Below the pieces are notes generated by a model. That model was not told the origin of the DNA and ran no database searches. It worked only from the letters and a program-made list of their open reading frames with translations. DNA of 64,000 bases from Bacillota bacterium (lineage in GTDB: Bacteria; Bacillota; Sulfobacillia; Fermentithermobacillales; Fermentithermobacillaceae): assembly GCA_050260675.1 (NCBI GenBank), contig JBLNCN010000010.1:132523-196522 (forward strand), in the 5' to 3' direction. Positions within the stretch are counted from its first letter, which is position 1; each line of letters starts with the position of its first letter. Of this stretch, positions 23,219 to 32,294 are shown one piece after another. The position numbers and the translations under genes were made by a program.

Positions 23219-24208
23219 CTACCGGTTACCCGCTCCTTCCGTTGCCGGCTGACTCATCGAGGCAGTATATGCCCGGTATTCGTCCTGGCTGCTCTGACTG
23301 GATAAGCGGTAGAGGAATGTGGGGCGACCGACGCGTCCGTAGACAACCTCTTTGATGACTATGCCGACATCTGCGAGATAGGAAAGGTAGTTGCCCGCTG
23401 TGACGTCGGAGAACCCAAGGTCGTTTGAGATGCTTCTGCGAGACACTGGGCCAGGGCTTTGTTCGAGATGATCGCAGATGCGACGTAGGGTCGGCCAGTT
23501 GATCCCTTTTTGCAGTGAGCGGGCCACTGCGGACGGTGTCAGCGGCTGATCGATGTTTGCCGCAGCCAGCACTTGACCAATCACACTCGTTGGGTCAACT
23601 GGTCGCAGATCTGCGTGGTATTCGCGTTCGGACCTGCGGTGAGCATGTAGATCTACGTGCATCTCTTCGAGATCTACCCACTCGGAACCTAATTCGGGAA
23701 AGTAGGCGATGTGGTGAAGCGCCAGAACAAGGCGCTTGCCACGAGCGATCATTAAGTTGATGTTGGCTCTGGTGAAGCTTTTTGGAGAGCGGGAGAGCGC
23801 TGTGAGGGCGCCAATTGAGGTTGGCCCAAAGGTCAACGGGGTACATGCGTGGCTTCGAAACCCCGCTGCTTCCAAAGTAGGTCCAGAGGGGCAGGCAAGC
23901 TGACGACCGAAGCCCTCCTCAACGACCGTTGCTCCCTCGACGGCACAGCGAATGCATCCGGGTCCTTTTGGAACCAACCTGAATGCGAGTTTTGCCTCAT
24001 CCGGCACGTTGACATCGTCCTTAAGGGTGATCGCCGAGCCGTCAGTCAGATGAAGCATTGAGGCAGCGACGTCAATTCGCCTACAGACCTCCCTAAGGGT
24101 CTGCCTGATTAGTCTTCGGACGTTGACGTCATCCGACGCCACCAATAGACGAACAAGTCCAGTGCTACTCTGCATCAAGCCTGCCCACCCAACCGCAAGT
24201 TTCGACAT
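23219..24208 (-). CDS. Putative GAF-domain transcriptional regulator with a C-terminal winged-helix DNA-binding domain
   Basis: The N-terminal ~170 aa have a GAF-like pattern, and the C-terminal ~80 aa (LTPSAVARSLQKGINWPTLRRICDHLE...GRVGRPTFLYRLS) look like a MarR/wHTH fold. The family was not recognised beyond this. Confidence 0.5.
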   Translation of the reverse strand: MSKLAVGWAGLMQSSTGLVRLLVASDDVNVRRLIRQTLREVCRRIDVAASMLHLTDGSAITLKDDVNVPDEAKLAFRLVPKGPGCIRCAVEGATVVEEGFGRQLACPSGPTLEAAGFRSHACTPLTFGPTSIGALTALSRSPKSFTRANINLMIARGKRLVLALHHIAYFPELGSEWVDLEEMHVDLHAHRRSEREYHADLRPVDPTSVIGQVLAAANIDQPLTPSAVARSLQKGINWPTLRRICDHLEQSPGPVSRRSISNDLGFSDVTAGNYLSYLADVGIVIKEVVYGRVGRPTFLYRLSSQSSQDEYRAYTASMSQPATEGAGNR

Positions 24209-24676
24209 GTATATGTATATCAGTAAAGATACATCTCAGATTGATTAGTGTCACCTTTCGAAACATGGCAAAACTGAACTAGAGGCTCCCCCGGAATAAG
24301 GGCGCATCTGTACATGCGCCACAAGATACGCCCTATGCCATGGATAACGCTAATTCCCACAATCCCCAGCGTACTGACTAGTTTGTTGCCGAACACTCGT
24401 TAAGGTTTCGTTACTTTGCCAACCCTGCTGATCAACCCGGCAAGAACCGAATGGGACTGGGGGATGCGAGTCACAGTCGGAGGATTCCCGTTTGTGTACT
24501 CAGGAAACTGCTGATTTCCTAGGTTGATCAAGCAGAAAAAGGGCTGAGACGGCTCATCAAGGTTAGCGCTGCGTGATGTTTTCTTGGTTTTCTTTCCAAA
24601 TCCTTTGTGAAGTTTTCCCACCCAACGATACGCAAGGTGGCAATCGTCAAGTAAAGTTAGCGGAGGCGATCAACGA

Positions 24677-26548
24677 GTGAAGATGAGCGCAAAACGACTC
24701 GGCATCCGGACGAAGCTATTGGGTGGGTTTGTCCTGATGCTCCTGTTTATCGGTATCGTGAGTTACGTCGGCATTACGCTCTCCAGACGTGCCAACGATC
24801 AGTACATCTTTCTCACCGAGCATCAGTTTCCGGCCATGGTAGGTATGGCGGACCTCAAAAGCGGTCTATTCGAAGGGGCTACATACGTACGCGGCTTCAT
24901 CCTCACGAAAGACGAGAGCCTAGTTACGGATTATCGCGATGTTGTGGCGCATTCCCAGGCAATCGCCGACCAGCTCAAGGCTGTGCTGACCACCGACGAA
25001 TCCAAGCAGTTCTTTGCCCAAATGGAGAAAGCCCGCAAGGACTACATAGAGATCGCCGACTTGGCAATCGAGGCCGCTCGCCAAGACAACGCCGAGGAGC
25101 TTACCACCATCCTCCAGCACGGTGCCGAGGCAGTGGCAGCTTTCGAAGGGGTTGTCGCGGAATGGTCCGACTTTCTGACGAAGAGCAACGCTACGGCAAT
25201 GATAGAGGCCAATAGGCTCACCGGCCTTGCGAATACCGTAACTCTATCAGTAACCGCCGCGGCGGTGGTTATAGGCACAACTCTTGCGTTAGGACTATCT
25301 GGCAGCATAACCAGACCTCTGGTGGCTCTTACCGCTGTCGCAGAGACGGCCGCCGCAGGCGATCTCACCGTAAGGATACCCGAGGTCAAGACCGGGGACG
25401 AAGTGCAGGTGATGGCCAGCGCCTTTGACACTATGATGCAAACCCTGGTCTCGCTGATTCAGGACGTGAACTCGTCGGCCCAGCATGTAGCGGCCACGAG
25501 TGAGGGGCTGTCAGCGGTATCGGAGGAAACCGCCCGTGCCTCGTCTCAGATCGCGGAAACTATTCGTCAGATGGCAAAGGGGACTGAACAGCAGACCGCC
25601 GCGGCAAGTGGAACCGCTTCGTCCGTGGCTCAACTGACTGCGGCGGTCGATCAGGTAGCCAAAGGGGCCCTGTCGCAGATGAACGTTGTCGCCGATGCCT
25701 CGAAGGCTCTTGAGGAATCCGAGACGTCCCTCAATCAGGTGACCACTATGCTCACCCAAGTTGGAGCAGAAGCCTCCAAGAACGCCGGCTGGGCATCCGA
25801 GGGAAGCGAAGCGGTCAAGAACGTCGTCAAGAGCATGGACAACATTAGGTCGACGACCCAAGGTGCGGCCGCGAAGATCAGTGAACTCAACGGCCTATCG
25901 GGTGAAATCAAAAAGATCGTCGACGTCATAGACGACATAGCTTCGCAGACCAATCTCCTGGCGCTGAATGCCGCTATCGAGGCTGCTCGGGCCGGGGAAT
26001 ACGGTCGCGGGTTTGCGGTGGTGGCAGATGAGGTTCGGAATCTGGCTGAGCGCTCTATGGTCGAGACGAAGTCGATATCTGATCTGATCGAACGCGTCTC
26101 CGCAGCTGTTGCGGCTACTGTGGAGGCGATCGACCATAGCGTCAATGAGGTAGAAGGTGGCAGTTCCGTGGCCGGAGTGGCCGGAAAATCCCTGGAGGCT
26201 GTATATGCCGGGGCAACAGAGGCAGAGAAGGTCGTTGAGGGTCTTGTCTTTGCATCTAAAGGACTACTGGAGAAAAGCCAACGTGTGAACGATGCGATAA
26301 CCAAGATCGTAGCCGTCACTGAGGAGAATTCGGCGGCTACTGAGGAAATGGCAGCGGGAGCGCAAGAGGTCCAGAACCTGGTCGACAGTGTAGCATCCGT
26401 GACGGAAGAAAACGCGGCGGCAACTGAGGAGATCCTGGCTTCTACCGAACAGATGAACTCCTCCGTGCAGCAAGTGTCAGAGTCAGCCCAGTCGCTGGCG
26501 GTGATGGCTCAGTCCCTGCAAGATGTTCTCAGGAAGTTCAAGGTTTAG
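24677..26548 (+). CDS. Methyl-accepting chemotaxis protein (TM, periplasmic helical sensor, HAMP, MCP signalling domain)
   Basis: It has two TM segments around a ~170-aa sensor, a HAMP domain, and the conserved MCP signalling hairpin ([42 protein letters not shown]). Confidence 0.9.
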   Translation: MKMSAKRLGIRTKLLGGFVLMLLFIGIVSYVGITLSRRANDQYIFLTEHQFPAMVGMADLKSGLFEGATYVRGFILTKDESLVTDYRDVVAHSQAIADQLKAVLTTDESKQFFAQMEKARKDYIEIADLAIEAARQDNAEELTTILQHGAEAVAAFEGVVAEWSDFLTKSNATAMIEANRLTGLANTVTLSVTAAAVVIGTTLALGLSGSITRPLVALTAVAETAAAGDLTVRIPEVKTGDEVQVMASAFDTMMQTLVSLIQDVNSSAQHVAATSEGLSAVSEETARASSQIAETIRQMAKGTEQQTAAASGTASSVAQLTAAVDQVAKGALSQMNVVADASKALEESETSLNQVTTMLTQVGAEASKNAGWASEGSEAVKNVVKSMDNIRSTTQGAAAKISELNGLSGEIKKIVDVIDDIASQTNLLALNAAIEAARAGEYGRGFAVVADEVRNLAERSMVETKSISDLIERVSAAVAATVEAIDHSVNEVEGGSSVAGVAGKSLEAVYAGATEAEKVVEGLVFASKGLLEKSQRVNDAITKIVAVTEENSAATEEMAAGAQEVQNLVDSVASVTEENAAATEEILASTEQMNSSVQQVSESAQSLAVMAQSLQDVLRKFKV

Positions 26549-26562
26549 CGGACGGACGTCGG

Positions 26563-26676
26563 ATGCCGACCGAGGAACAGGAAACAACCCAAGTTGTGAC
26601 GTTCAAACTGGGTGATGAGGAGTACGGCGTGGACGGAAGCGGAGGGAGGAGTGCCCAGCGCCGCCCGGCGAATTGA
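26563..26676 (+). pseudogene. cheW remnant (the first ~25 codons are CheW-like, then the frame is lost)
   Basis: A short ORF MPTEEQETTQVVTFKLGDEEYGVDGS... matches the CheW N-terminal signature (F-x-LGDEEYGID) but ends after 37 codons. No frame downstream continues CheW. Confidence 0.45.
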
Positions 26677-26713
26677 TGAAGAGCTACAGGGGCTTTCTAC
26701 TGGAAGATGACAG

Positions 26714-27805
26714 ATGCAGAGGGGGATCCACATGGACGAAAGGCTTGCGCTCCTTAAGGAGATTTCGGAACTGCCCGGCGTCCCGGGATACGAGGACGAG
26801 GTATCGGATTACATAGCAGCCAAGATGCAGCCTTATGCTGAAGTCACGAAGGACAACCTCGGCAGCGTCATCTGCAAGAAGGCGGGCACGTCGGACAGGC
26901 CCAGGATCATGCTGGCGGGGCACATGGACGAAGTCGGCGGCATGGTCATGTACATAACCAAGGAGGGCGCCGTCAAGTTCCAGGTGCTTGGGGGTCTCCT
27001 TGAGCAGGTGTCCCAGGCCCAGCGGTTTGTCATCAAGACCTCGTCGGGCGATATCATCGGTGTCACCGGCACGAGGCCGCCCCACATCCAAAAGCCCGAT
27101 GAGCGGGCCAAGGTTCCTGACAGGAGTCAGATGTTCATTGACGTCGGTGCATCTACCAAGGAAGAGGCCGAGTCCATGGGCATCGTGCCCGGAGACCCTG
27201 TCATCCCGTACTCGCCCTTCACCGTGATGAGGAATCCCAAGTACCTGCTCGGCAAGGCCTTTGACGATAGGGCCGGCTGCGCGGTGTTCATGGAGGTCAT
27301 AAAGGCTCTCCAGGGCGTGGCGCACCCCAACACTGTATACGGCGTCGGCACGGTCCAGGAGGAGGTCGGAACCAGAGGCGCTACAACTAGCGGCGCCGCG
27401 GTTGATCCGGACATCTGCATCGTCCTGGAGTTCGACATCCCGGGGGACACGCCTAACGTGGCGGAGTGGGAAGGACGCGTTCGGCTCGGCAAGGGGCCCG
27501 GCATCCTGGTGTTCGATAACTCCCTCATCGCTCACAGGCGGCTGCGAGACTTCGTCATCGCCACCGCCAAGTCGGCCGGCATTCCGCTGCAGTTCGGATT
27601 CATGCCGGGCGGCGGCAACGACGGCGGCAAGATCCAGGTTAACAGGACGGGAGTGCCCACTCTCCCGATAACCATCCCCGTGCGGTACGGCCACTGCCAC
27701 ACCGCGATCATGCACCGCGACGACTTCGATATGGCCGTCACACTCGTGACTGAGATGATGAAGAGGTTCGATGAGCCTACAGTCAAGGCGATAAAGGGGA
27801 CGTAG
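26714..27805 (+). CDS. M42 family metallo-aminopeptidase (FrvX/CelM-like)
   Basis: MDERLALLKEISELPGVPGYEDEV...AGHMDEVGGMV is the M42 signature. Confidence 0.85.
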   Translation: MQRGIHMDERLALLKEISELPGVPGYEDEVSDYIAAKMQPYAEVTKDNLGSVICKKAGTSDRPRIMLAGHMDEVGGMVMYITKEGAVKFQVLGGLLEQVSQAQRFVIKTSSGDIIGVTGTRPPHIQKPDERAKVPDRSQMFIDVGASTKEEAESMGIVPGDPVIPYSPFTVMRNPKYLLGKAFDDRAGCAVFMEVIKALQGVAHPNTVYGVGTVQEEVGTRGATTSGAAVDPDICIVLEFDIPGDTPNVAEWEGRVRLGKGPGILVFDNSLIAHRRLRDFVIATAKSAGIPLQFGFMPGGGNDGGKIQVNRTGVPTLPITIPVRYGHCHTAIMHRDDFDMAVTLVTEMMKRFDEPTVKAIKGT

Positions 27806-27887
27806 GCCTCAAAGTTCAGAGAAACGGTCAAAACGGGCGGCTGTGCGGGCGGTAGTCTTTGGTCATCAGCATAAGGAGTGATGGGAG

Positions 27888-29045
27888 ATGACCAAGCCAC
27901 AACATGCTGGGCAACATGCCTTAGGGCAACGTGATTCCGACGATGATGCCGAGGGCCGCCTGGTTCTTCACGGCGTCCCGAAGGTCGGTTTCTACAGCGG
28001 CGGCGAACAGTGCCCCGAGGATGTTCCATTCCCGAGTTGCCTCGCCTCGGCTCTGAGGTACATGGGAGAGGATTACCCTTGGATACCTGTGCACCAACAC
28101 CGGACCGATTGGCGGCTCAACGGAGCGTATGTCGAGATCATGGCTGCGACCGGTATGGCTTTTGGCCTTCTCTGGCGGGACGGATGGCACGAGGATAACG
28201 CGGACCTCATGTTCATCGCCGACCCCCGCGAGGTAGTGAGAAGGGCCTTCGAGCAGGCGGGTTACGCCTACGACATCCTCCAGAAACGCGGCGAGGCGTC
28301 TGATGCGGACGTCTTCCGGGAGCGGATTTGCTCCTCACTGGACCTTGGGCGGCCGGTACTGGCTTTCGGAGTCATCGGACCACCGGAGTGCTGCCTGGTC
28401 ACTGGATATGACGATGGCGGAGAAGTCCTGGTCGGGTGGAATTACTTCCAGGACGAGAACCCTCTTGCGCAGCAGGTGGGGTCTGAACCAAATGGATGCT
28501 TCCGCAGGCGTGATTGGTTCAACGACACGGTCTCGGCGGTGGTTATTGGCGAGAAGATTCCCGGCGCAGGTAACAACGACCGCCTACGACGCACGCTTGA
28601 GTGGGCCATCTCGGTGGCCGCGACGCCCCAGGTATATGGGCGTCACAGTGGGTTCAGAGCGTATGATGCCTGGTCGGCCCATCTGCTGGATGACTCGGCT
28701 TTCGCCACAGGGGATGTCGACCTGCTGCGCCAGAGGCACCGAGTACACGAAGTAGCCGTCTCCAATGTCGTTGAGTGCCGTTGGTATGCCCACATGTATT
28801 TAAGGCAAGTGGCCAAAGCCGAGGCGGCGATGGCGGCGGATCTCGAGGCTGCCGCCGCTGAGTTTGACCGGGAGCACACCCTCATGTGGCAGGTCTGGAA
28901 CGCGGTCGGCGGGAACGGGTATCCCCAGGCGCACCTCAGACTTGCGGAGCCCGACACAAGGCGCCAGCTGGCCTCGATCATTCGCACTGCCCGGGAATGC
29001 GATGAGCGGGCAGTTGGGCATTTGGAGAAGGCGCTGAGAAAGTGA
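27888..29045 (+). CDS. Hypothetical protein, possibly a BtrH_N/DUF4872-like papain-fold protein
   Basis: 385 aa with a conserved-looking Cys in SCLASALRYMG and downstream His residues. The size and architecture resemble BtrH_N+DUF4872 proteins, but the assignment is tentative. Confidence 0.35.
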   Translation: MTKPQHAGQHALGQRDSDDDAEGRLVLHGVPKVGFYSGGEQCPEDVPFPSCLASALRYMGEDYPWIPVHQHRTDWRLNGAYVEIMAATGMAFGLLWRDGWHEDNADLMFIADPREVVRRAFEQAGYAYDILQKRGEASDADVFRERICSSLDLGRPVLAFGVIGPPECCLVTGYDDGGEVLVGWNYFQDENPLAQQVGSEPNGCFRRRDWFNDTVSAVVIGEKIPGAGNNDRLRRTLEWAISVAATPQVYGRHSGFRAYDAWSAHLLDDSAFATGDVDLLRQRHRVHEVAVSNVVECRWYAHMYLRQVAKAEAAMAADLEAAAAEFDREHTLMWQVWNAVGGNGYPQAHLRLAEPDTRRQLASIIRTARECDERAVGHLEKALRK

Positions 29046-29055
29046 ATGGCATGCA

Positions 29056-29769
29056 CTATGCGGTCGACTTCTGGGCCTTGATGATCCATGACAGCGTGGA
29101 GTCTCGCTCGTACTCCAGTGTGTAGCCGAGAGCCCCGAGGGATGCTGTGGCGCAATCGATGTAGGTGAACGACTCTTCCTCAAACTCCTCTAGCATGTCA
29201 GTCCTTCCCTCAGCGCGAAAGCGGTCGGCAAGCTCCGCAGCCTGCTCTTCGTTTTCGAACATGAAGTCCGCGATGATGATGAAGCCGCCGGGTTTCAGTA
29301 CCCTGTGCATCTCGAGATAGGCTCTCTCCTTTTCCTCGGGCACAAGGTGATGGAAGGCAAAGGTCGATACGATCCCGTCAAAGTGGGCATCCGGGTAGGG
29401 AATATCAAGGAAGCTGCCGGTGCGGAGCTCCACGGGGAGCCCCTTCTCTCGGACCTTGTCCATCATCTTGGGGGAGATATCAATGCCGTACAGGGACAGC
29501 CCCTCAGGCATCCGCTCGGTGAGCAGTCCCGTCCCTATGCCGATATCAAGGATGCACGGACTTGAGTTTGGAGGGATGGGTGGCAACAGATCGACCACTC
29601 GATCCAGTATTGCGAAGTAGTTTTCGCGAATGTAGTCGCCAGGTTTGGACTCGACCAGCAGGTCATATGAGTCTGCCTGAGAGTCGTGGCATCCGTTGAT
29701 CCGCTTCACGTGTGGCCCACCTCTCGGAGTGGCGGCAGCAACCACCAGCCCCGCGTTCTCGGCATGCAC
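29056..29769 (-). CDS. Class I SAM-dependent methyltransferase
   Basis: Motif I ILDIGIGTGLLTERM, motif post-I LYGIDISPKM, and the small Methyltransf_11/25-like size. Confidence 0.8.
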   Translation of the reverse strand: MHAENAGLVVAAATPRGGPHVKRINGCHDSQADSYDLLVESKPGDYIRENYFAILDRVVDLLPPIPPNSSPCILDIGIGTGLLTERMPEGLSLYGIDISPKMMDKVREKGLPVELRTGSFLDIPYPDAHFDGIVSTFAFHHLVPEEKERAYLEMHRVLKPGGFIIIADFMFENEEQAAELADRFRAEGRTDMLEEFEEESFTYIDCATASLGALGYTLEYERDSTLSWIIKAQKSTA

Positions 29770-29989
29770 TTCTACGCGCGGTCAAGAGGATCCCTCCGCC
29801 GGGCCGTCTTGATATCGACCAGCTAACGAGAGGATACGCCCTAGACTGCAGTGAAAGTAAGTCCCGTGAGGACTGACAGCGGTTCCAGCCCGAAGCGAAG
29901 CTTACTAGCGGGCCGCGAAGCGACCCGCCAGAGATTCGCGAAGGGCGAACCGCTGGCGGTATTGATCGCTCGCGCAAGGAGAGAACGCA

Positions 29990-30775
29990 ATGCACCCGCA
30001 CCATCAATCGATGATAGACCGGCTGGTCGAGCGGTACAGGGATGACGAAAACGTTCTGGCGTTAGTGTTGGTCGGGTCCGTGGCGCGGGGAGACGCAAGG
30101 CCTGACTCGGATGTCGACTGCATGATGATCGTTACAGACGATGAGTATCAGTGGTGTGAGAACGCCTATCGAATGTCGTTCAGCGCTGACGACCTGTGCG
30201 ACTACCCCGATGGACATGCGGGCGGCGGGATCCACCCGCTCCATCATCTCCACCGGATCGCGGACAGGGGGCCTGAACCCGTTCGGTTTATGACATCCGG
30301 AGCCAGGCCGATCCTGTCCCGCGTTCGAGGACTCGAGGAACTGCTCGCACGCTGCTCTATATATCCGGAACGCGAGCGTACTCAAAAGATGATGAGTTTC
30401 GTGAGCCAGCTGCCTGTGCACCTGTCCTACCTCGAGCTCGGCGAGTACAGCCGGAACCGTTATCTGCTCGCAGAAACAGCCGTGAAACTGGTGCTCTTCG
30501 GCGGCAGGCTCATCTTGGCCCACAACCGGATGCTGTACCCGGGACGGAAGTGGTTCATGCGGGAGCTCGGGCGGGCGCCCGAGAAACCCGACGGCATTGT
30601 GGATTCGGCACTCACGCTGACGGCTTCGCCCAGCATAGCCAAAGCGCGAGAATTCGTCGAGACAGTCATGACCTTCCGCGATTGGCCTAAGCCGCCTGAA
30701 GGCTACTGGGATCGGTATAGGCGTGACAGCGAGGCTACCTGGATTACAGGCCGCGGCCCACTGGAGGATTGCTGA
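29990..30775 (+). CDS. Pol-beta-superfamily nucleotidyltransferase domain protein (ANT/Lnu-like architecture)
   Basis: N-terminal minimal NTase motif LVGSVARGDARPDSDVDCMMIV, and the 261-aa size is comparable to the Lnu(B)/ANT families. The substrate is unknown. Confidence 0.6.
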   Translation: MHPHHQSMIDRLVERYRDDENVLALVLVGSVARGDARPDSDVDCMMIVTDDEYQWCENAYRMSFSADDLCDYPDGHAGGGIHPLHHLHRIADRGPEPVRFMTSGARPILSRVRGLEELLARCSIYPERERTQKMMSFVSQLPVHLSYLELGEYSRNRYLLAETAVKLVLFGGRLILAHNRMLYPGRKWFMRELGRAPEKPDGIVDSALTLTASPSIAKAREFVETVMTFRDWPKPPEGYWDRYRRDSEATWITGRGPLEDC

Positions 30776-30849
30776 ACCTATCCTTCAAGAGCGCTAGAAC
30801 CTGCACGAGTTCGCGAGTTGACCAAAGAATTGCTGGCCCATCGAAACAC

Positions 30850-30879
30850 GCATACCTCCGGCCGGTTATGGTAATCATA
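30850..30879 (+). promoter_or_regulatory. Candidate forespore sigma-F/G-type promoter upstream of the spoIIQ-like gene
   Basis: GCATA (30850-54), a 15-bp spacer, then GGTAATCATA (30870-79), which matches GYATA-N15-GGnrAnAnTw with one mismatch. Confidence 0.35.
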
Positions 30880-30903
30880 ACCAACCGGAGGTGCAGTTTT
30901 GTT
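30855..30903 (+). terminator. Near-perfect 16-bp inverted repeat with a T tract, acting as a terminator for the upstream NTase gene and overlapping the start region of the next gene
   Basis: cctccggccggttatg-gtaat-cataaccaaccggagg followed by tgcagttttgtt. The 3' arm contains the GGAGG RBS for the TTG at 30899. Confidence 0.6.
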
Positions 30904-31804
30904 GGATGAAGACAAGGACCGGACTGACCCCCGGTTTGTTGACCAGATCAGGGTCGAACCCAAAGACCTCACGGAATTCAAGACCCAGCCCCAGCCCGCT
31001 ATTGGACTAAAGGGCGGGATGGGCGACCTGCTGAAGGCGCAATTCAAGGTGGTACTGCGCATCACGGGACTCATGTTGTGCTGCGCCGTCCTGTTCGTTT
31101 CAGGATTCTACTTGGGCATATACCAAGGGAGCCTCACGCGCGCTCCCGAGCCAGGGATCATTACCGGGACATACGTGTCACCTGGTTCACAGGCCTTCGG
31201 CGGCAACACTCCTGACCCCACCGCCCCCGGCGGCAACCGCCTTGGCGGCACCGCCATAGCTACAGGCCCGTCAGGAACTGAGCTCGGAACCGCCGCTGGC
31301 ATCACTACGGGGGGCGTCAACGCCGCCGGGCCCGAGACTAACCCTGCCCTTCCGGCCATGACGACCGAAACCGAGCCCGGCACCACCCTAGAGCAGGCTG
31401 TTCCCCCACCGACCCCCGAGGAGCTTCTGGCGAGCCTGAAGTGGCCGGTGAGCGGCAAGATCGCCTCAGAGCCCGGATGGGTATTCTCCAAGCAGTTAGA
31501 GCAGTGGACCTACTACTCGGGGGTAGAGATCACCTGCGAGAACGGGGCAGAGGTAGTTGCCGCCCTTACCGGGTCCGTCAAGTCCGTCGGTGTGGATCCC
31601 TTGCTTGGCACTGTTGTAACCCTCCAGCATGAGAGCCGCCTCGAGACAACCTATGGACGGGTCTATGGAGTCCGCCTAGCGCCGGGTGACCGTGTCGAGC
31701 AAGGGGGAGTCCTCGGGACGGGTGGGACCGACGGGATCTACTTCAGCATAGCGTCTTCAGGCGAACCGCTATCGGCCCGCCAGTGCTTGGCCGCGGCCAA
31801 ATGA
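30899..31804 (+). CDS. spoIIQ: SpoIIQ-like forespore membrane protein with a degenerate LytM (M23) domain
   Basis: An N-terminal TM helix and a Pro/Gly/Thr-rich linker precede a C-terminal M23 fold. All catalytic and zinc residues are replaced (YYSGVEI for HxGxD, YGRV for YxHL, GIYFSIA for PHLHFEV). It sits directly upstream of spoIIID-mbl, as in Clostridia. The alternative start ATG 31019 gives the short cytoplasmic tail expected for SpoIIQ. Confidence 0.6.
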   Translation: MLDEDKDRTDPRFVDQIRVEPKDLTEFKTQPQPAIGLKGGMGDLLKAQFKVVLRITGLMLCCAVLFVSGFYLGIYQGSLTRAPEPGIITGTYVSPGSQAFGGNTPDPTAPGGNRLGGTAIATGPSGTELGTAAGITTGGVNAAGPETNPALPAMTTETEPGTTLEQAVPPPTPEELLASLKWPVSGKIASEPGWVFSKQLEQWTYYSGVEITCENGAEVVAALTGSVKSVGVDPLLGTVVTLQHESRLETTYGRVYGVRLAPGDRVEQGGVLGTGGTDGIYFSIASSGEPLSARQCLAAAK

Positions 31805-31881
31805 AACAGCACGGGCGCCGCATGATCTCAGCACAAGAGCCATATACATCATAGCGTAAGACGCCGGGAGGGGGCCGGGCC

Positions 31882-32130
31882 ATGAACGACGTAATCTGGA
31901 AGCGCGCCATCGACGTGGGGGAGTACATCGAAGACACCCATGCCACGGTCCGCGAGACAGCGCGCGCGTTCGGCGTGTCCAAGAGCACCGTTCACAAGGA
32001 CGTCACCGACAGGCTGCCTAAGATAAGGCCGCAATTGGCCAAACTTGTCCGAGAAGTACTTGACCTCAACAAAGCCGAAAGGCACTTAAGAGGAGGCGAA
32101 GCCACAAAACGCAAGTACCAGGACGACTAG
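31882..32130 (+). CDS. spoIIID: Stage III sporulation protein D (mother-cell transcription factor)
   Basis: KRAIDVGEYIEDTHATVRETARAFGVSKSTVHKDVTDRLP...HLRGGEATKRKYQDD is nearly collinear with B. subtilis SpoIIID. Confidence 0.93.
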   Translation: MNDVIWKRAIDVGEYIEDTHATVRETARAFGVSKSTVHKDVTDRLPKIRPQLAKLVREVLDLNKAERHLRGGEATKRKYQDD

Positions 32131-32294
32131 GTGGCGAGGACGCGCTGTAGATCCCGATAACGCTAAAGCGCTCTGTGCGTTCTGACGATGATAACCCAGG
32201 ATATATCTCCTGGGTTAACCATTTTTCGGCAGGACTCGCGTTGCATCCGTCGAATTGTGGCGAAGAATATCGCAAGAGACATGGAGTGCATGAG

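Noticed and set aside
31805-31881. Sigma-E promoter for spoIIID
   Set aside because: A CATATACAT element is present, but I could not place a convincing -35 (kmATATT) at the right spacing, so I did not annotate it.
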